From the NCBI GenBank assembly GCA_963702015.1, contig OY969698.1, forward strand, positions 1,958,839 through 2,022,838: DNA of 64,000 nucleotides. Reading direction: 5' to 3'. The notes below the pieces were generated by a model, which had not been told where the DNA came from, ran no database searches, and saw only the letters and a program-made list of their open reading frames with translations. Shown one piece after another: positions 52,639-64,000 of this stretch. The position numbers and the translations under genes are program-made. The stretch is from an uncultured Planctomycetaceae bacterium (lineage in GTDB: Bacteria; Planctomycetota; Planctomycetia; Pirellulales; PALSA-1355). Position 1 is the stretch's first letter; each line of letters begins with the position of its first letter.

Positions 52639-53873
52639 ATGTTGTGGACCGATTATTTACTGTCGTCGATTGCCGCCGCCGGGCCCAAGGATACTGATTT
52701 GCCCTTGGCCAAAGATGCGCGCGAAGTGGCCGAGGCGATCAGCCGCGACGAAACCAAATTGCCGGGCGGCTTGCGGTGGCTGGCCGAATATTCGGTCGCC
52801 GGGAACGAAGTCTGGCGGTTCCTGCTAATGGCCGGGACTGTGCTGGTGATGCTGCTGGTGGGCGCGGGCGCGGATCGGGCTCGAACGGGCCGCTCGCCGC
52901 CTCGACGCGCGGCGGCGCGATCTGTTGGCCGCGATGTGCCGTGGCGCTGGCGCAGGCCACCGGTTTCTTCTTCTTGGTTGTCGGCCTGCGCGTCGGCATC
53001 AACTTTCTGATTCTCAGCGATCGCGTGGCAAACTACACCAGTCTGCTTGGCAGCGTGCTGGTGACGCTGGCGGTCGGCTATGCCGGCTACTGCCTGGTGT
53101 CGGTGGTCGATCATTGGCTGCGCAGAGTCTCGGCCGGTTCCAGCCGGCTCGACGAAATGCTGGTGCCGATGATGTCGACCAGCTTGCGGCTGGCCGTCGC
53201 GATTTTCGTGCTGGTGGAAGTCGCCGCCATTTTCAATCGCCCCATCACGCCGTTGATCGCCGGCTTGGGCGTGGGCGGTTTGGCGATCGGGCTGGCGGCG
53301 CAAGACACGATCAAGAACTTCTTCGGCTCGCTGATGCTCTTTAGCGACCGGCCGTTCGATCTGGGCGACGAAATCAAAGTCGACACGATCGGCGGAACGG
53401 TCGAGTCGGTCGGCTTTCGGTCGACTCGCCTGCGGACGGCCGAAGGCTTTCTGGTGGCCATTTCCAACGGCGAGCTGGCAGGCAAGACGATCGTCAACGT
53501 CAGCAAGCGGCCGAGCCTGTTCCGGCAGTTCAATCTGCCGCTGAGCTACGATCTGCCGCCGGAAAAGCTGGAGCGGGCCGCGGCGATCGTGGCCGAACTG
53601 CTGCGCGACCACGAGGGCTCACGCGCGGCGAATCCGCCTCGCGTGTTCGTCAGCGATTTTACGCCCAGCGCCGTGAACTTGATGATCTCCTATTGGTACT
53701 ATCCTGCCGACCAGTGGCGCTTTCTGGCCTTCAACCAGCGCACGAATCTGGAAATCCTCCGCCGCTTTGCCGCCGAAGAAATTCGTCTGGCCTACCCGAC
53801 CCAAGCGATCCGCCTGCTGCCGGAGGCAACCGCCGAACCGACGCCCGACGCGCCACCGCCCGAGCAGGCGTAA
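52639..53873 (+). CDS. mechanosensitive ion channel family protein (MscS-like), with a frameshift in the 52870-52960 region
   Basis: N-terminal part MLWTDYLLSS...WRFLLMAGTVLVMLLVGAGADRA is in the frame of ORF 52267..53010. The TM and beta-domain part (LVVGLRVGINFLILSDR...FGSLMLFSDRPFDLGDEIKVDTIGGTVESVGFRSTRLRT) is in the frame of ORF 52776..53873. Confidence 0.65.
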
Positions 53874-54001
53874 AGCGGCGGCGCGGCCGGCGGGAAAAGT
53901 CGGTAGAGCTGCACTTTGATTCCACCGGCCGAGCATGAAACGTGAGCCGACCTCTCTTCTCGCCCGGGTAGCGGACCAGTTTGAATCAACCGGTCCGGAG
54001 A

Positions 54002-54250
54002 TTAGGTCGTGGCCGGCGACTGTTTGTCAGCGGCCCATGGGTAAAACCCACGCTCTCCGGGGTAAGCGAATGCGATTAACCATTTTGCCCCCCGCACGAG
54101 CCAAAGGCCGAGAAGCAACAGAGTCACTGCAAGGATCAGGCTGCCGTTGCCAGGCATCGAGACGGCGACCAAGAATGCCCAGCCGGAAACGAGCACCACT
54201 AAAACGCCAATCGTCCGCACTGCAACGCCGAAGAGTTGGGCTGGGGTCAT
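54002..54250 (-). CDS. small two-TM membrane protein (hypothetical)
   Basis: 82 aa from the Met at 54250, with a perfect AAGGAG RBS 9 nt upstream; two hydrophobic helices. Confidence 0.45.
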   Translation of the reverse strand: MTPAQLFGVAVRTIGVLVVLVSGWAFLVAVSMPGNGSLILAVTLLLLGLWLVRGAKWLIAFAYPGERGFYPWAADKQSPATT

Positions 54251-54424
54251 CGCAATTGTCTCCTTGATCCGGAAGGCTGTTTCGTGCTGGGTGAAATCAT
54301 AGCCGAGCGGGTGGGGACGTGCATCGCATCCGAAAAGGTCGCTCCTGGTGGCATCACGACCGCGCCCCAGGTATGCTGACAGGGCGATCCCGCGGATCCT
54401 GCCACCGGCCCCGAGAGTCTTACG

Positions 54425-55462
<1,038 letters not shown>

Positions 55463-55558
55463 GTCCCGGAGCGTCCGGGTCCTTCGCGCCGTGCGGCTAC
55501 CGGCGGCTTCATCGTGAGCGCACGCATCCCCAAGCAACAATCTTGGGAGCCGAGCGCG

Positions 55559-56124
55559 TTACAGCGGCCGACGGGGAAGTGCGCGAGGGTAGGGGGGGTC
55601 TTCGCGCTGGGGAATCGGACCTGGAAAATCCTCGGCCCAGTTGTTGCGGTCGGTCTCCGAGGCGTAATAGCGCAGCCAGATCTGCGGATCGTCGCCCATG
55701 TTGTGCAATCCCAGTGCAGATAATTGCCTTCGGATTCGATCTTCTTTTCCAACGACGGCAGGATGTCGCGATAGATCAAGGTATACAATTCGCGATCCGA
55801 AAGATGATCGGTGAAGTCGAGCACGATCCGCTGATCGAACAGTTTTTGGATTGTTTCCCAAAGCCGCGTGTGCAAACTCCAGCCGTCGAGCGTGTCGGGA
55901 TGGGGCAACACAAGCTCCGGCGCGAACCATTTCGAGATCGGCAGCACCGGCGCGCGCTCCCACGCGAGCATCGATGCCAAGAATTCGTTCTCCACCGGCG
56001 TGGGCAATTCTTGCACGTTGACGCTGCGAACGGCTTCGTCCAAGTAGGGCTCCATTTCGTCGCGCAATTGCGCATTGCGCAACAAGTGCTCGACTTCTTC
56101 AGGTCGGGGGTGACGATCGTTCAT
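55559..56124 (-). CDS. hypothetical protein, apparent frameshift near 55700
   Basis: MNDRHPRPEEVEHLL...EGNYLHWDC is in one frame; ...NMGDDPQIWLRYYASETDRNNWAEDFPGPIPQREDPPYPRALPRRPL continues in another and ends at 55559. Confidence 0.3.
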
Positions 56125-56395
56125 CGAAACAATCCTTCCGCTTGTGGCTGGCGCGTCGAGCAAATTGATTTGCAAGATCGCGCACGTCCTCGGTTGCACA
56201 TTTGGCAAGCCACTCCTGACTGCCCGTCCCGCGAGCCGCCGTTGCCCGCCGACAGCCACTCGGCCAGATGCGAACAATTAGCGCCCCAGCTTTTGACTCT
56301 ACCAACAACCAGCGGTGGGTCAAGTATAATCACCGCTGACCGCCCCGTGTGCGCGACGTCGGTCGCCACCGCTTGAAATCCCCATCGTTACCACC

Positions 56396-59380
56396 ATGAA
56401 TGTCACCGCCCGACAATCGGCACATCCGCTAAAGTCACTTGCCGCGCGCATTTCTGGCGAAGTTCACAGCGATGCGTACTACCGGGCACTTTACAGCACC
56501 GATGCCAGCATCTATCAGATCAGGCCGCTGGCAGTCGTCGTCCCACGATCGAAGGCCGATGTCGCGGCAACGATCGCCTGGGCCGCCGAGCATCGCTGGC
56601 CGATCATTCCGCGCGGCGGCGGCACCAGTTTGTCGGGCCAGTCGATCGGCGCGGGAATCGTGATCGACTTCAGCAAGTACATGAATCGCATTCTGGAAAT
56701 CGATGTCGAGCGGCAAACCGCGCGCATCGAGCCCGGCGTGATCCTCGATCAACTCAACACGGCCGCCGCCAAACATCGATTGCAGTTTGCGCCCGACGTC
56801 GCCACCAGCAGCCGCGCCAATCTGGGGGGCATGATCGGCAACAACTCGGCCGGTTCGCGCTCGGTCTGGCATGGCAAAACCGTCGACCACGTGATCGAAC
56901 TTTCCGCCGTGCTGGCCGATGGCACGGCGGCCGTGCTGGGCCCCGAAACGGCCAGCCAGTGGGCCGCCGCTGCCGAGCGAGGCGACGGCTGGGGCCGCGC
57001 GCGCCGCGAGGTCGAGCTGATCGTCGGCCGCGAGCGCGAGGAGATTCTGGCGCGCTATCCGCGCGTGCTGCGGCGCGTCAGCGGCTACAACCTCGACGAG
57101 TTCGTACCCGAGTGCGCACAGCGCATGACGCCACCGCGAATGGTAGCGGTCGTTCGCGAGCGCGAGCGGCAGCGTTATCCCGACGCGGCGTTCAACCTGG
57201 CCAAATTGCTGGTCGGAGCCGAGGGGACGTTGGCCACGCTGACCGAGGCGCTGGTCCATTTGATTCCGCTACCCGCGGTGCGCGGACTGGTGGTGTTGCA
57301 CTTTTCTTCGCTGGCCGCCGCGGTGGCGGCGATCGATCCGGTGCTGGCGTGCGATCCGTCGGCCGCCGAGCTGTTGGACGGCGAGATCGTGCGGCTGGCC
57401 GAAAAGAGCCTGGAATATCGCCACTATCTCGACTTCGTGGTCGGCCGGCCCGAGTCGCTGGTGCTGGTCGAGTTCAGCGGCGACACGCAGGAAGAAATTT
57501 GCGCCAAAGCCGACGACCTGTCGCGCCGCCTGCAGGGCCTGCCGGGCTTGGAGCACGTGCTGCCGGCACTCGAGCCGGCGATTTACGCGCACGTTTGGGC
57601 CTGCCGCAAGGCGGCACTGCCGCTGTTGCAAGGCATCGAGTCGGCGCGCAAGCCGGTGGCCTTTGTCGAAGACACGGCGGTCGACCCGCACCGGCTGAGC
57701 GAGTTCATCGCCCGCTTCGGCCAGATCCTGGCGGCCAACGAAACGTCGGGGGCATACTATGGCCATGCCTCGGTAGGCTGCGTCCACATTCGTCCGCTGT
57801 TGAACCTGTCGGCACGCGACGACCTGGCTCGGCTGGAGCGCATTTCGCATGAAGTTTGCGAGCTGGTGCTCGAGTTCGGCGGCTCGATGAGCGGCGAGCA
57901 CGGCGACGGGCTGGCGCGCAGCTATTTAAACGAGACGTTGTTCGGGCCAAGGCTGTACGAGGCCTTTCGAGAGCTGAAGCGAGCGTTCGATCCGGGCAAC
58001 CTGATGAATCCCGGCAAGATCGTCGATGGTCCCAGTCCGATCGAGAATTTGCGATTGGGCGCGAACTATAAAACCCTGCCACTGGCGACGACGTTTGATT
58101 TCAGCCGCGAAGGTTCACTGGCCAAGGCGGCCGAGTTGTGCAACGGCGCCGGCGTCTGTCGCAAGCTGCAGAGTGGCACGATGTGCCCTTCGTTCATGGT
58201 GACGCGCGACGAAGAACACAGCACGCGCGGCCGCGCCAATGCTTTGCGGCTGGCCTTGTCGGGCGCATTGCCGGCCGAGGAATTGACCGGGCCCCGCTTG
58301 TTCGCCACCTACGATCTTTGCCTGGGCTGCAAGGGCTGCAAGGCCGAATGTCCGTCGAACGTCGACGTGGCCAAACTGAAGATGGAATTCCTGTCGCACT
58401 ATTTCGCCCGGCATGGCACGCCGCGGAGCGTGCGGCTGATGGCCGACGCCGCACGGCTGAACCGCTGGGGCTCGGCCTTGGCGCCGCTGTCGAATTGGCT
58501 TGCCGGCTTGCCCGCCACCGGCTGGCTGGCCGAGCGGCTGTTGGGCGTCGACCGCCGCCGACCGCTGCCCCGTTTCGAGCACAACCATTTCAAGCGCTGG
58601 TTTCGGGCTCGGCCGCGGCCCGAGAGGCGGCCTACCCGCGGCCAGATTGTGCTCGTCGATGATTGCCTGACCAGTTTCTGCGAGCCGGCGGTCAATCGCT
58701 CGGCGGTCGAGCTGCTGGAGGCGGTCGGCTATGAAGTCCAGTTGGCGGGGCTGGGTTGCTGCGGTCGCACCTGGGCGTCGAAGGGGCTTTTGGACGTTGC
58801 CCAGCGGCTGGCACGCGAGAACATCGCGCGGCTCCTTCCTTTCGCGGTACGTGGCGTGCCGATTGTCGTCGCCGAGCCGAGCTGCCTGGCGATGCTGGTC
58901 GACGATTACCTCGACCTGGTGCCGGGAGACGCAGCCCGGCTGGTCGCGGCCCACACCGCGGCGGTCGACACCCAACTGGCTGGGCTCGCGGCGGGCCTCA
59001 GGCTTGCGCCAGCTCGCGCGCCGATCCTGGTTCATGGTCATTGCCACCAGAAGGCGATCGTGGGGATGCAAGGGACGCAGGACGCCCTGGCGCTGATTCC
59101 CGATTCACGCGTCACCGTGGTCGACTCGGGCTGTTGCGGCATGGCCGGATCATTCGGTTACGAGCACTACGATCTGAGCATGGCGATCGGCGAGCGCGTA
59201 CTCTTTCCGGCCGTTCGTCAGCACTCCGGGACGGTCGTCGCTCCTGGATTCTCCTGCCGCCACCAGATCGAGCACGGTGCCAAGCGCTTGGCAATCCACC
59301 CCGTCGAGCTGCTGCACGCGCAGTGGAACGCCTCCGAAAAGGCGCCGGGAACGTTGGGTCCCGGCAGCTTGGAAAAATAG
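56396..59380 (+). CDS. FAD-binding oxidase (GlcD-like) fused to 4Fe-4S dicluster and CCG domains (GlcF/LutA-like); glycolate/D-lactate/D-2-hydroxyacid dehydrogenase family
   Basis: 994 aa. FAD_binding_4 N-terminus (PRGGGTSLSGQS), FAD-linked oxidase C-domain, CxxCxxCxxxCP (CLGCKGCKAECPS), and two CCG-type cysteine motifs (GLGCCGR, SGCCGMAG). Confidence 0.8.
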   Translation: MNVTARQSAHPLKSLAARISGEVHSDAYYRALYSTDASIYQIRPLAVVVPRSKADVAATIAWAAEHRWPIIPRGGGTSLSGQSIGAGIVIDFSKYMNRILEIDVERQTARIEPGVILDQLNTAAAKHRLQFAPDVATSSRANLGGMIGNNSAGSRSVWHGKTVDHVIELSAVLADGTAAVLGPETASQWAAAAERGDGWGRARREVELIVGREREEILARYPRVLRRVSGYNLDEFVPECAQRMTPPRMVAVVRERERQRYPDAAFNLAKLLVGAEGTLATLTEALVHLIPLPAVRGLVVLHFSSLAAAVAAIDPVLACDPSAAELLDGEIVRLAEKSLEYRHYLDFVVGRPESLVLVEFSGDTQEEICAKADDLSRRLQGLPGLEHVLPALEPAIYAHVWACRKAALPLLQGIESARKPVAFVEDTAVDPHRLSEFIARFGQILAANETSGAYYGHASVGCVHIRPLLNLSARDDLARLERISHEVCELVLEFGGSMSGEHGDGLARSYLNETLFGPRLYEAFRELKRAFDPGNLMNPGKIVDGPSPIENLRLGANYKTLPLATTFDFSREGSLAKAAELCNGAGVCRKLQSGTMCPSFMVTRDEEHSTRGRANALRLALSGALPAEELTGPRLFATYDLCLGCKGCKAECPSNVDVAKLKMEFLSHYFARHGTPRSVRLMADAARLNRWGSALAPLSNWLAGLPATGWLAERLLGVDRRRPLPRFEHNHFKRWFRARPRPERRPTRGQIVLVDDCLTSFCEPAVNRSAVELLEAVGYEVQLAGLGCCGRTWASKGLLDVAQRLARENIARLLPFAVRGVPIVVAEPSCLAMLVDDYLDLVPGDAARLVAAHTAAVDTQLAGLAAGLRLAPARAPILVHGHCHQKAIVGMQGTQDALALIPDSRVTVVDSGCCGMAGSFGYEHYDLSMAIGERVLFPAVRQHSGTVVAPGFSCRHQIEHGAKRLAIHPVELLHAQWNASEKAPGTLGPGSLEK

Positions 59381-59584
59381 GAAGGCTATTCACGTTATAG
59401 CGGTTCTTCTGTGACCGCTTCGATCTTTGGAGCCTGCCGGTGGTTCCGTCGATGATGGTAGTGCGGGTTGTTCAGATGCCTGCAAAATGAAACGTCTCGC
59501 GATCCTTCGGTCTTTCCAATCCGGACCGAGAAAAATTTCCGCCCGAATATCCCACCAAGTTAGTTCCTGCCCGTGAGTGTGAAT

Positions 59585-59619
59585 CGGGCCTGTTTCCTCA
59601 ACAGGCCCGATTTTTTTTT
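59585..59619 (+). terminator. rho-independent terminator
   Basis: Perfect 9-bp stem GGGCCTGTT/AACAGGCCC, 5-nt loop, then nine T residues. Confidence 0.6.
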
Positions 59620-59875
59620 GTCCAGCAAGCAAAACGCGCTGGGGGCATCTCTCGGCCTCGAGGCGCGGTCAGCCGATGACGCGGCGCCGTGAGTCCGGCG
59701 GCGAGAAAGATCAGCGCGGCGCGACGGCAGCGCAATGCTGGCGGCGCAGTGCCGCCGACGAATGCTCGAATCGCCAGCGCAGTATGACCGGCGAAGCGCG
59801 CACGGCCACCATGCGATCGGTCGCCGAAGAGCGCGCGAGCTGCGTGGCCAGTTGCCCCTTAAACGCGGAGCAGGC

Positions 59876-60145
59876 CTACGTGGCAGGCTTGGCGGACGGT
59901 TCGCGCAGTTGGTCGAGCGAACGGCCGAGCCGTTTGCGCTCGCTGCGGGCTTCCGCCCGGGGAGCGATCGCGTGTTGATGTTCGACGGCCGCGGCGGTCT
60001 GCTGGCGCAATGCAGCCAGGAAATGCGGGTTCATCTCTTTGCCATCGGCCGGAACACCCAATTGTTCGATGGCGTCAGAAAAGCCCAACAACACGGTACG
60101 CCGCACGCTTTCGCGCAGCCACTGGAAGAAACCGGCATTGTTCAT
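59876..60145 (-). CDS. hypothetical small protein
   Basis: 89-aa ORF (MNNAGFFQWLRESVRRTVLLGFSDAIEQLGVPADGKEMNPHFLAALRQ...); no recognised domain. C-terminus may be affected by another indel. Confidence 0.25.
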   Translation of the reverse strand: MNNAGFFQWLRESVRRTVLLGFSDAIEQLGVPADGKEMNPHFLAALRQQTAAAVEHQHAIAPRAEARSERKRLGRSLDQLREPSAKPAT

Positions 60146-60441
60146 CGTGTCACCCTCGAAATCTTTGTGCGCTTCAAGTCGATGCCACTGGCCTTGCCGG
60201 CCGAGCGGAGCGAGCCTGCTGCCTGATGCCTTTCACGCGGCAAAACCCAGGAGGCCGCAAATAGTACCGAGCCCGAGCGGGATGCAGAAGAGCGATTGAT
60301 CGACGCAATCGATGGCCGCTCAGCAAGAGCGGTCATCCCAAGTCTTATCGGCATTTCGGCGGCCGAAGAGCGACTCTCACGCCGGCAGATCTTCCATGGA
60401 GCATGCCCGCGCTAGCATTGCTTGCGCCGGCTGGTGCAATC

Positions 60442-61110
60442 CTAGGGAGTCCGCAGACGGACGAGTTTGGGCGTGGGGATTTTGGTTCCGAAGATCGTCC
60501 CGTGCCGCCGTTGAAGCTGGGCGAAGTCGTCGTCGAAGAAGGCGTGCAGATCGCCTGGCGGCTCAAGCGCCAGCCACTTCTCGGCCAGTGCGTGCATCTG
60601 GCGGTCATAGGAATTCTGAGAGTGGGTATGCGCGTAGCAGCGACCAGGGTGGCGACGCAGATCGCCGTCGAACTGCGGGCTGATGTGCCACAGTTCATGG
60701 ATCACGGTGGCCAGCTTTTCGCGCGGCGGCAGGTTCATGAACCGGGGGAGATAAAAGCTGAGCAAATAGAGCATCTCGCGCCCTTGCTCGTCGTGGACGC
60801 GCTGAATCGCCCAAGTGCGGCCGCGACGTTGAGTCGTCAGCGCGCCCGACTGAAAACGCAGCGGAGTCAGGCTGGCCCACAGGCCGTGACGAACCGGCTT
60901 GCGGGCCTGACAGAAGCGAATGCCGACGCGGCTCAGATCGATATGATCCAACTCCGGCAGGCGAGCCACAATGTCGTCGGCCAAACGGCGAATGTGCAAC
61001 GTGAAATCGAAGCCTGCGCCCGCAGGCAAACGCCGCGACGTTGCGCTGGAAGATCGTGTTGCCACGACAGAAGGCATCCGTGCATATCGAAACAGCCAGG
61101 CCAAGTTCAC
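60442..61110 (-). CDS. HExxH-motif putative zinc metallopeptidase (DUF45/SprT-like; family uncertain)
   Basis: KLATVIHELWHISPQFDGDLRRHPGRCYAHTHS contains HExxH plus downstream conserved Cys/His; start codon uncertain. Confidence 0.4.
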   Translation of the reverse strand: MNLAWLFRYARMPSVVATRSSSATSRRLPAGAGFDFTLHIRRLADDIVARLPELDHIDLSRVGIRFCQARKPVRHGLWASLTPLRFQSGALTTQRRGRTWAIQRVHDEQGREMLYLLSFYLPRFMNLPPREKLATVIHELWHISPQFDGDLRRHPGRCYAHTHSQNSYDRQMHALAEKWLALEPPGDLHAFFDDDFAQLQRRHGTIFGTKIPTPKLVRLRTP

Positions 61111-61139
61111 CGCTCGCCGTTCGAGACAGTTTCGCCGGC

Positions 61140-61721
61140 CTACTTACTTGCGGCCGGCGCCGCTTCGAAGGCAGGCCGCGGCGCGCGCTGAGTAACGCGG
61201 TCGCGAACGCCGACGAATTCCAGAATTGCCCGGGTGCCGTTGTCGCCCAATCGAGGCTTGGCCAGCCGCAGCACGCGGGTGTATCCGCCCGGCCGACCGA
61301 TGAAGCGGGGCGCGACATCGGCGAACAAGATTCGCACGGCCTGTTTATCGCCCAGCATGACCAGCGCCCGGCGACGGGCGTCGACCAGGGGAGCGACGGC
61401 CTGAGCCCAGCTTGACCATTGGTCGCTGGCGCGCCATTTTTTCCAGGCGTCGGTATTGCGCTGGGCGGTGGTGGCGAATTTTTCGGCGCCACGTGCCTCT
61501 TCAAGAGCCCGGCAGGCGAGCGTGATGGCCTTTTCGACGACGGGGCGGACTTCCTTGGCCTTTTCGAGCGTGGTGATGATCCGCCCTTTGACCTTGGGCC
61601 GGTTTTCCTCGTGCTCGGCGTCGCGTTCCGTCAGGAACAGGGCGGTGGCCAGACTGCGCAACAGAGCGCGCTGGTGGCTAGGGCAACGGCCCAGCTTACG
61701 TCCTTTTCGTCGATGTCGCAT
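61140..61721 (-). CDS. rplQ: 50S ribosomal protein L17 (C-terminally extended)
   Basis: MRHRRKGRKLGRCPSHQRALLRSLATALF is the L17 N-terminal signature; 193 aa, versus ~120-130 typical. Confidence 0.85.
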   Translation of the reverse strand: MRHRRKGRKLGRCPSHQRALLRSLATALFLTERDAEHEENRPKVKGRIITTLEKAKEVRPVVEKAITLACRALEEARGAEKFATTAQRNTDAWKKWRASDQWSSWAQAVAPLVDARRRALVMLGDKQAVRILFADVAPRFIGRPGGYTRVLRLAKPRLGDNGTRAILEFVGVRDRVTQRAPRPAFEAAPAASK

Positions 61722-61780
61722 GGCTTGGACTTTCGAGAAGCTGCAGTTTCGTGAGATTCACAACGCGCCGCGTGGGGCGA

Positions 61781-62770
61781 TCAGACCGCTGCCGAGGCTG
61801 GCACCCGCATGCCCAAGCGGAGGCCCATCTCGCTGAGCTTCTCTTGGATTTCGTGCAGGGTGGTTTCGCCGAAGTTGCGAACTTCGAGCAGTTGATCTTC
61901 ATTGCGGCGGACCAAATCGCGCACGGAATGGATATTCTCCGATTCCAGGCAGTTGGTTGCGCGGACCGACAACTTGAGCTCGCCCAGCGTCATGTTGAGC
62001 TTTTGTTCCAGCGCCGCATCGGTGCTGCCGGACACGCCGCGGCCGGCGGCGTGAACCCGTGCGCCCAGCTCGGTGTATTGCACGAACGGATTCAAGTGCT
62101 TGCGGAGGATCTTGGCCGATTCGACAAGCGCCAACTCCGGATGGATCGAACCGTTGGTCCAAATCTCCAGCGTCAGACGGTCGTAGTTGGTCTTCTGGCC
62201 GACGCGGGTTTCTTCGATCTCGTAACGCACGCGAACGACCGGGCTGTAGACCGCGTCGACCGGAATGATGCCGATCTCCTGCACGTTCGGGCTGTGCTCG
62301 GTCGCCGGGACATAGCCGCGGCCGTTCTCGATGACCATCTCCATCACAAACGGCACATCGTCGGTCAAAGTGGCGATGACGTGTGGCTTGTTGATCACCT
62401 CGACCGAATCGTCGGTCTGGATGTCGGCGCCGGTGATGACGCCTTTCTGATGCTTTTCAATGCGGATCACCCGCGTCGAATCGCTATGATTCTTCACGAC
62501 CAACGATTTGACGTTGAGCACCACGTCGGTCATGTCCTCGACCACGCCGGGCAGAGTCGTGAACTCGTGCTGCGCACCGTGAACCTTGATTTGCGTCACC
62601 GAGCTTCCCTCGAGGCTCGACAGCAAAATGCGGCGGAGTCCGTTGCCGATCGTGACGCCGAAGCCACGCTCGAACGGCTCGGCCACAAACTTGCCGTATG
62701 TGCCGGTGAGGGTCTTGTGATCGCAAGTGACGAGACTAGGAAGCTCCAGCCCGCGCCATCGAATATGCAT
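61781..62770 (-). CDS. rpoA: DNA-directed RNA polymerase subunit alpha
   Basis: From the Met at 62770: [28 protein letters not shown]...; C-terminal domain ...[21 protein letters not shown]... Confidence 0.9.
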   Translation of the reverse strand: MHIRWRGLELPSLVTCDHKTLTGTYGKFVAEPFERGFGVTIGNGLRRILLSSLEGSSVTQIKVHGAQHEFTTLPGVVEDMTDVVLNVKSLVVKNHSDSTRVIRIEKHQKGVITGADIQTDDSVEVINKPHVIATLTDDVPFVMEMVIENGRGYVPATEHSPNVQEIGIIPVDAVYSPVVRVRYEIEETRVGQKTNYDRLTLEIWTNGSIHPELALVESAKILRKHLNPFVQYTELGARVHAAGRGVSGSTDAALEQKLNMTLGELKLSVRATNCLESENIHSVRDLVRRNEDQLLEVRNFGETTLHEIQEKLSEMGLRLGMRVPASAAV

Positions 62771-62825
62771 TCTTGCCTCCGTTGCCCCCGCGCGACCGCT
62801 CAAGCGGCGGTCGCCAGGGCGCACA

Positions 62826-63452
62826 CTACTGGGAACAAAGTTCGATAATCAGTTGAGTTTGCACCGGGATCGAGATGTCCTCGGCCTCCGGGTTACGCAA
62901 TACGCGCCCTTCGGGAATCGGGCCTTCGGCCACGCCGAGAAAGTCGGGAACCGTCCGGCGATGTTCGGCCAAATTGGACTGCACCAGCTGCAGGCTCTTG
63001 GCTCGGTTTTTCACGCGGATCAGGTCGCCCGGCTTGACGATGTAGCTGGGAATGTTCAGGTGATGGCCGTTGACGGTGATGTGACCATGCGTGACCAATT
63101 GCCGGGCCTGGGCACGGCTCAGGCCAAAGCCGAGCCGGTGCACGACGTTGTCCAGCCGCCGCTCCAGCAGGCTCATCAACGTGCTGCCGGTGTTTCCCTT
63201 GCTGCGGGCAGCACGCTGGAAATAGCCGCGGAACTGTCGCTCCAACACGCCGTAATAATGCTTTACCTTCTGCTTCTCGCGCAAGTGAAGACCGTAGTCG
63301 GTCTGCTTGTTGCGGCGATACTGGTGCATGCCAGGCGCCGAATCGCGACGTTCGATCGCGCATTTCGGCGTATCGCAGCGCGTCCCCTTCAGGAACAGCT
63401 TCAGTCCGTCGCGCCGGCAGAGGCGGCAGACGGGTCCGATGGTCCGAGCCAT
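62826..63452 (-). CDS. rpsD: 30S ribosomal protein S4
   Basis: [26 protein letters not shown]... zinc-ribbon S4 N-terminus and S4 domain; 208 aa. Confidence 0.9.
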   Translation of the reverse strand: MARTIGPVCRLCRRDGLKLFLKGTRCDTPKCAIERRDSAPGMHQYRRNKQTDYGLHLREKQKVKHYYGVLERQFRGYFQRAARSKGNTGSTLMSLLERRLDNVVHRLGFGLSRAQARQLVTHGHITVNGHHLNIPSYIVKPGDLIRVKNRAKSLQLVQSNLAEHRRTVPDFLGVAEGPIPEGRVLRNPEAEDISIPVQTQLIIELCSQ

Positions 63453-63560
63453 GTTTCTCTCAAACTTCTAGTGAACCGAAGAACTGTGTCAAAAAAAATC
63501 GCTAGGTTTCGAAAATGACCGGCCGGTCGTCGCCTGGACGACCCGCAAGCGGCGAGCGTG

Positions 63561-63941
63561 CTACACGCGACGCTTTTTCGGCGGACGGCAGCCGTTGTGC
63601 GGCAGCGGCGTCACATCCTCGATGCTCTTGATCGTCATGCCGGCGGCCTGCAGGGCGGTGATCGCACTTTCGCGACCGCTGCCGGGGCCCTTGACGCGAA
63701 CCTCCAGCTCCTTGACGCCATACTTGGCGGCCTTTTCGGCGGCCTGTTGGGCAGCCATCTGACCGGCGAACGGCGTGCTCTTGCGGCTACCCTTGAATCC
63801 GGTGGTGCCGGCGCTGGCCCAACACAGGGCGTCTCCCTTGGTATCGGTAATCGTGACGCTGGTGTTGTTGAACGTCGCCTTGATGTGGGCGATGCCCACC
63901 GTCACATTTCGCCGCGTCTTGCGTCGCTTGCTCTTGGCCAC
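63561..63941 (-). CDS. rpsK: 30S ribosomal protein S11
   Basis: ...[44 protein letters not shown]...; 126 aa. Confidence 0.9.
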   Translation of the reverse strand: MAKSKRRKTRRNVTVGIAHIKATFNNTSVTITDTKGDALCWASAGTTGFKGSRKSTPFAGQMAAQQAAEKAAKYGVKELEVRVKGPGSGRESAITALQAAGMTIKSIEDVTPLPHNGCRPPKKRRV

Positions 63942-64000
63942 GGAAACCTCTGTTTAAATGTCGTTGTAAAATTTGGTGTGCGGCGAATGATTCAGCCGCG

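Noticed and set aside
63958-64000. Partial minus-strand ORF at the right edge, expected position of rpsM (S13)
   Set aside because: Only ~14 codons are visible and they do not resemble the S13 C-terminus, so no call is made.

Overview
This is a 64 kb, high-GC (~65%) chromosomal segment with a Planctomycetota-like gene complement: DUF1501 and PSCyt/DUF1549/DUF1553 proteins, many ECF sigma/anti-sigma pairs, a BlaI/BlaR1-like pair and SPFH/flotillin proteins. It carries about 55 genes. The main content, in order, is an ECF sigma/anti-sigma/transglutaminase module; two paralogous hybrid histidine kinases from a local segmental duplication; and a compact N-methylglutamate-pathway-like operon (GS-like synthetase, GATase-2, GXGXG, FMN glutamate-synthase-like, monomeric sarcosine-oxidase-like). 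Further along lie a DUF1501 gene with a PSCyt1/PSCyt2/PSD1 partner, a YkgJ gene flanked by a ~110 bp direct repeat, a large flotillin, a BlaI plus M56(BlaR1)-SLBB fusion, an MMPL transporter, tandem glnN (GSIII) and glnA (GSI), a second ECF/anti-sigma pair, MscS, FloA, a ~1000-aa FAD/Fe-S oxidoreductase, and the rplQ-rpoA-rpsD-rpsK ribosomal cluster at the right edge. No tRNA, rRNA or CRISPR was seen. At least ten otherwise conserved genes are broken by 1-2 bp frameshifts, mostly in G/C homopolymers, which points to assembly indel errors rather than real pseudogenes.
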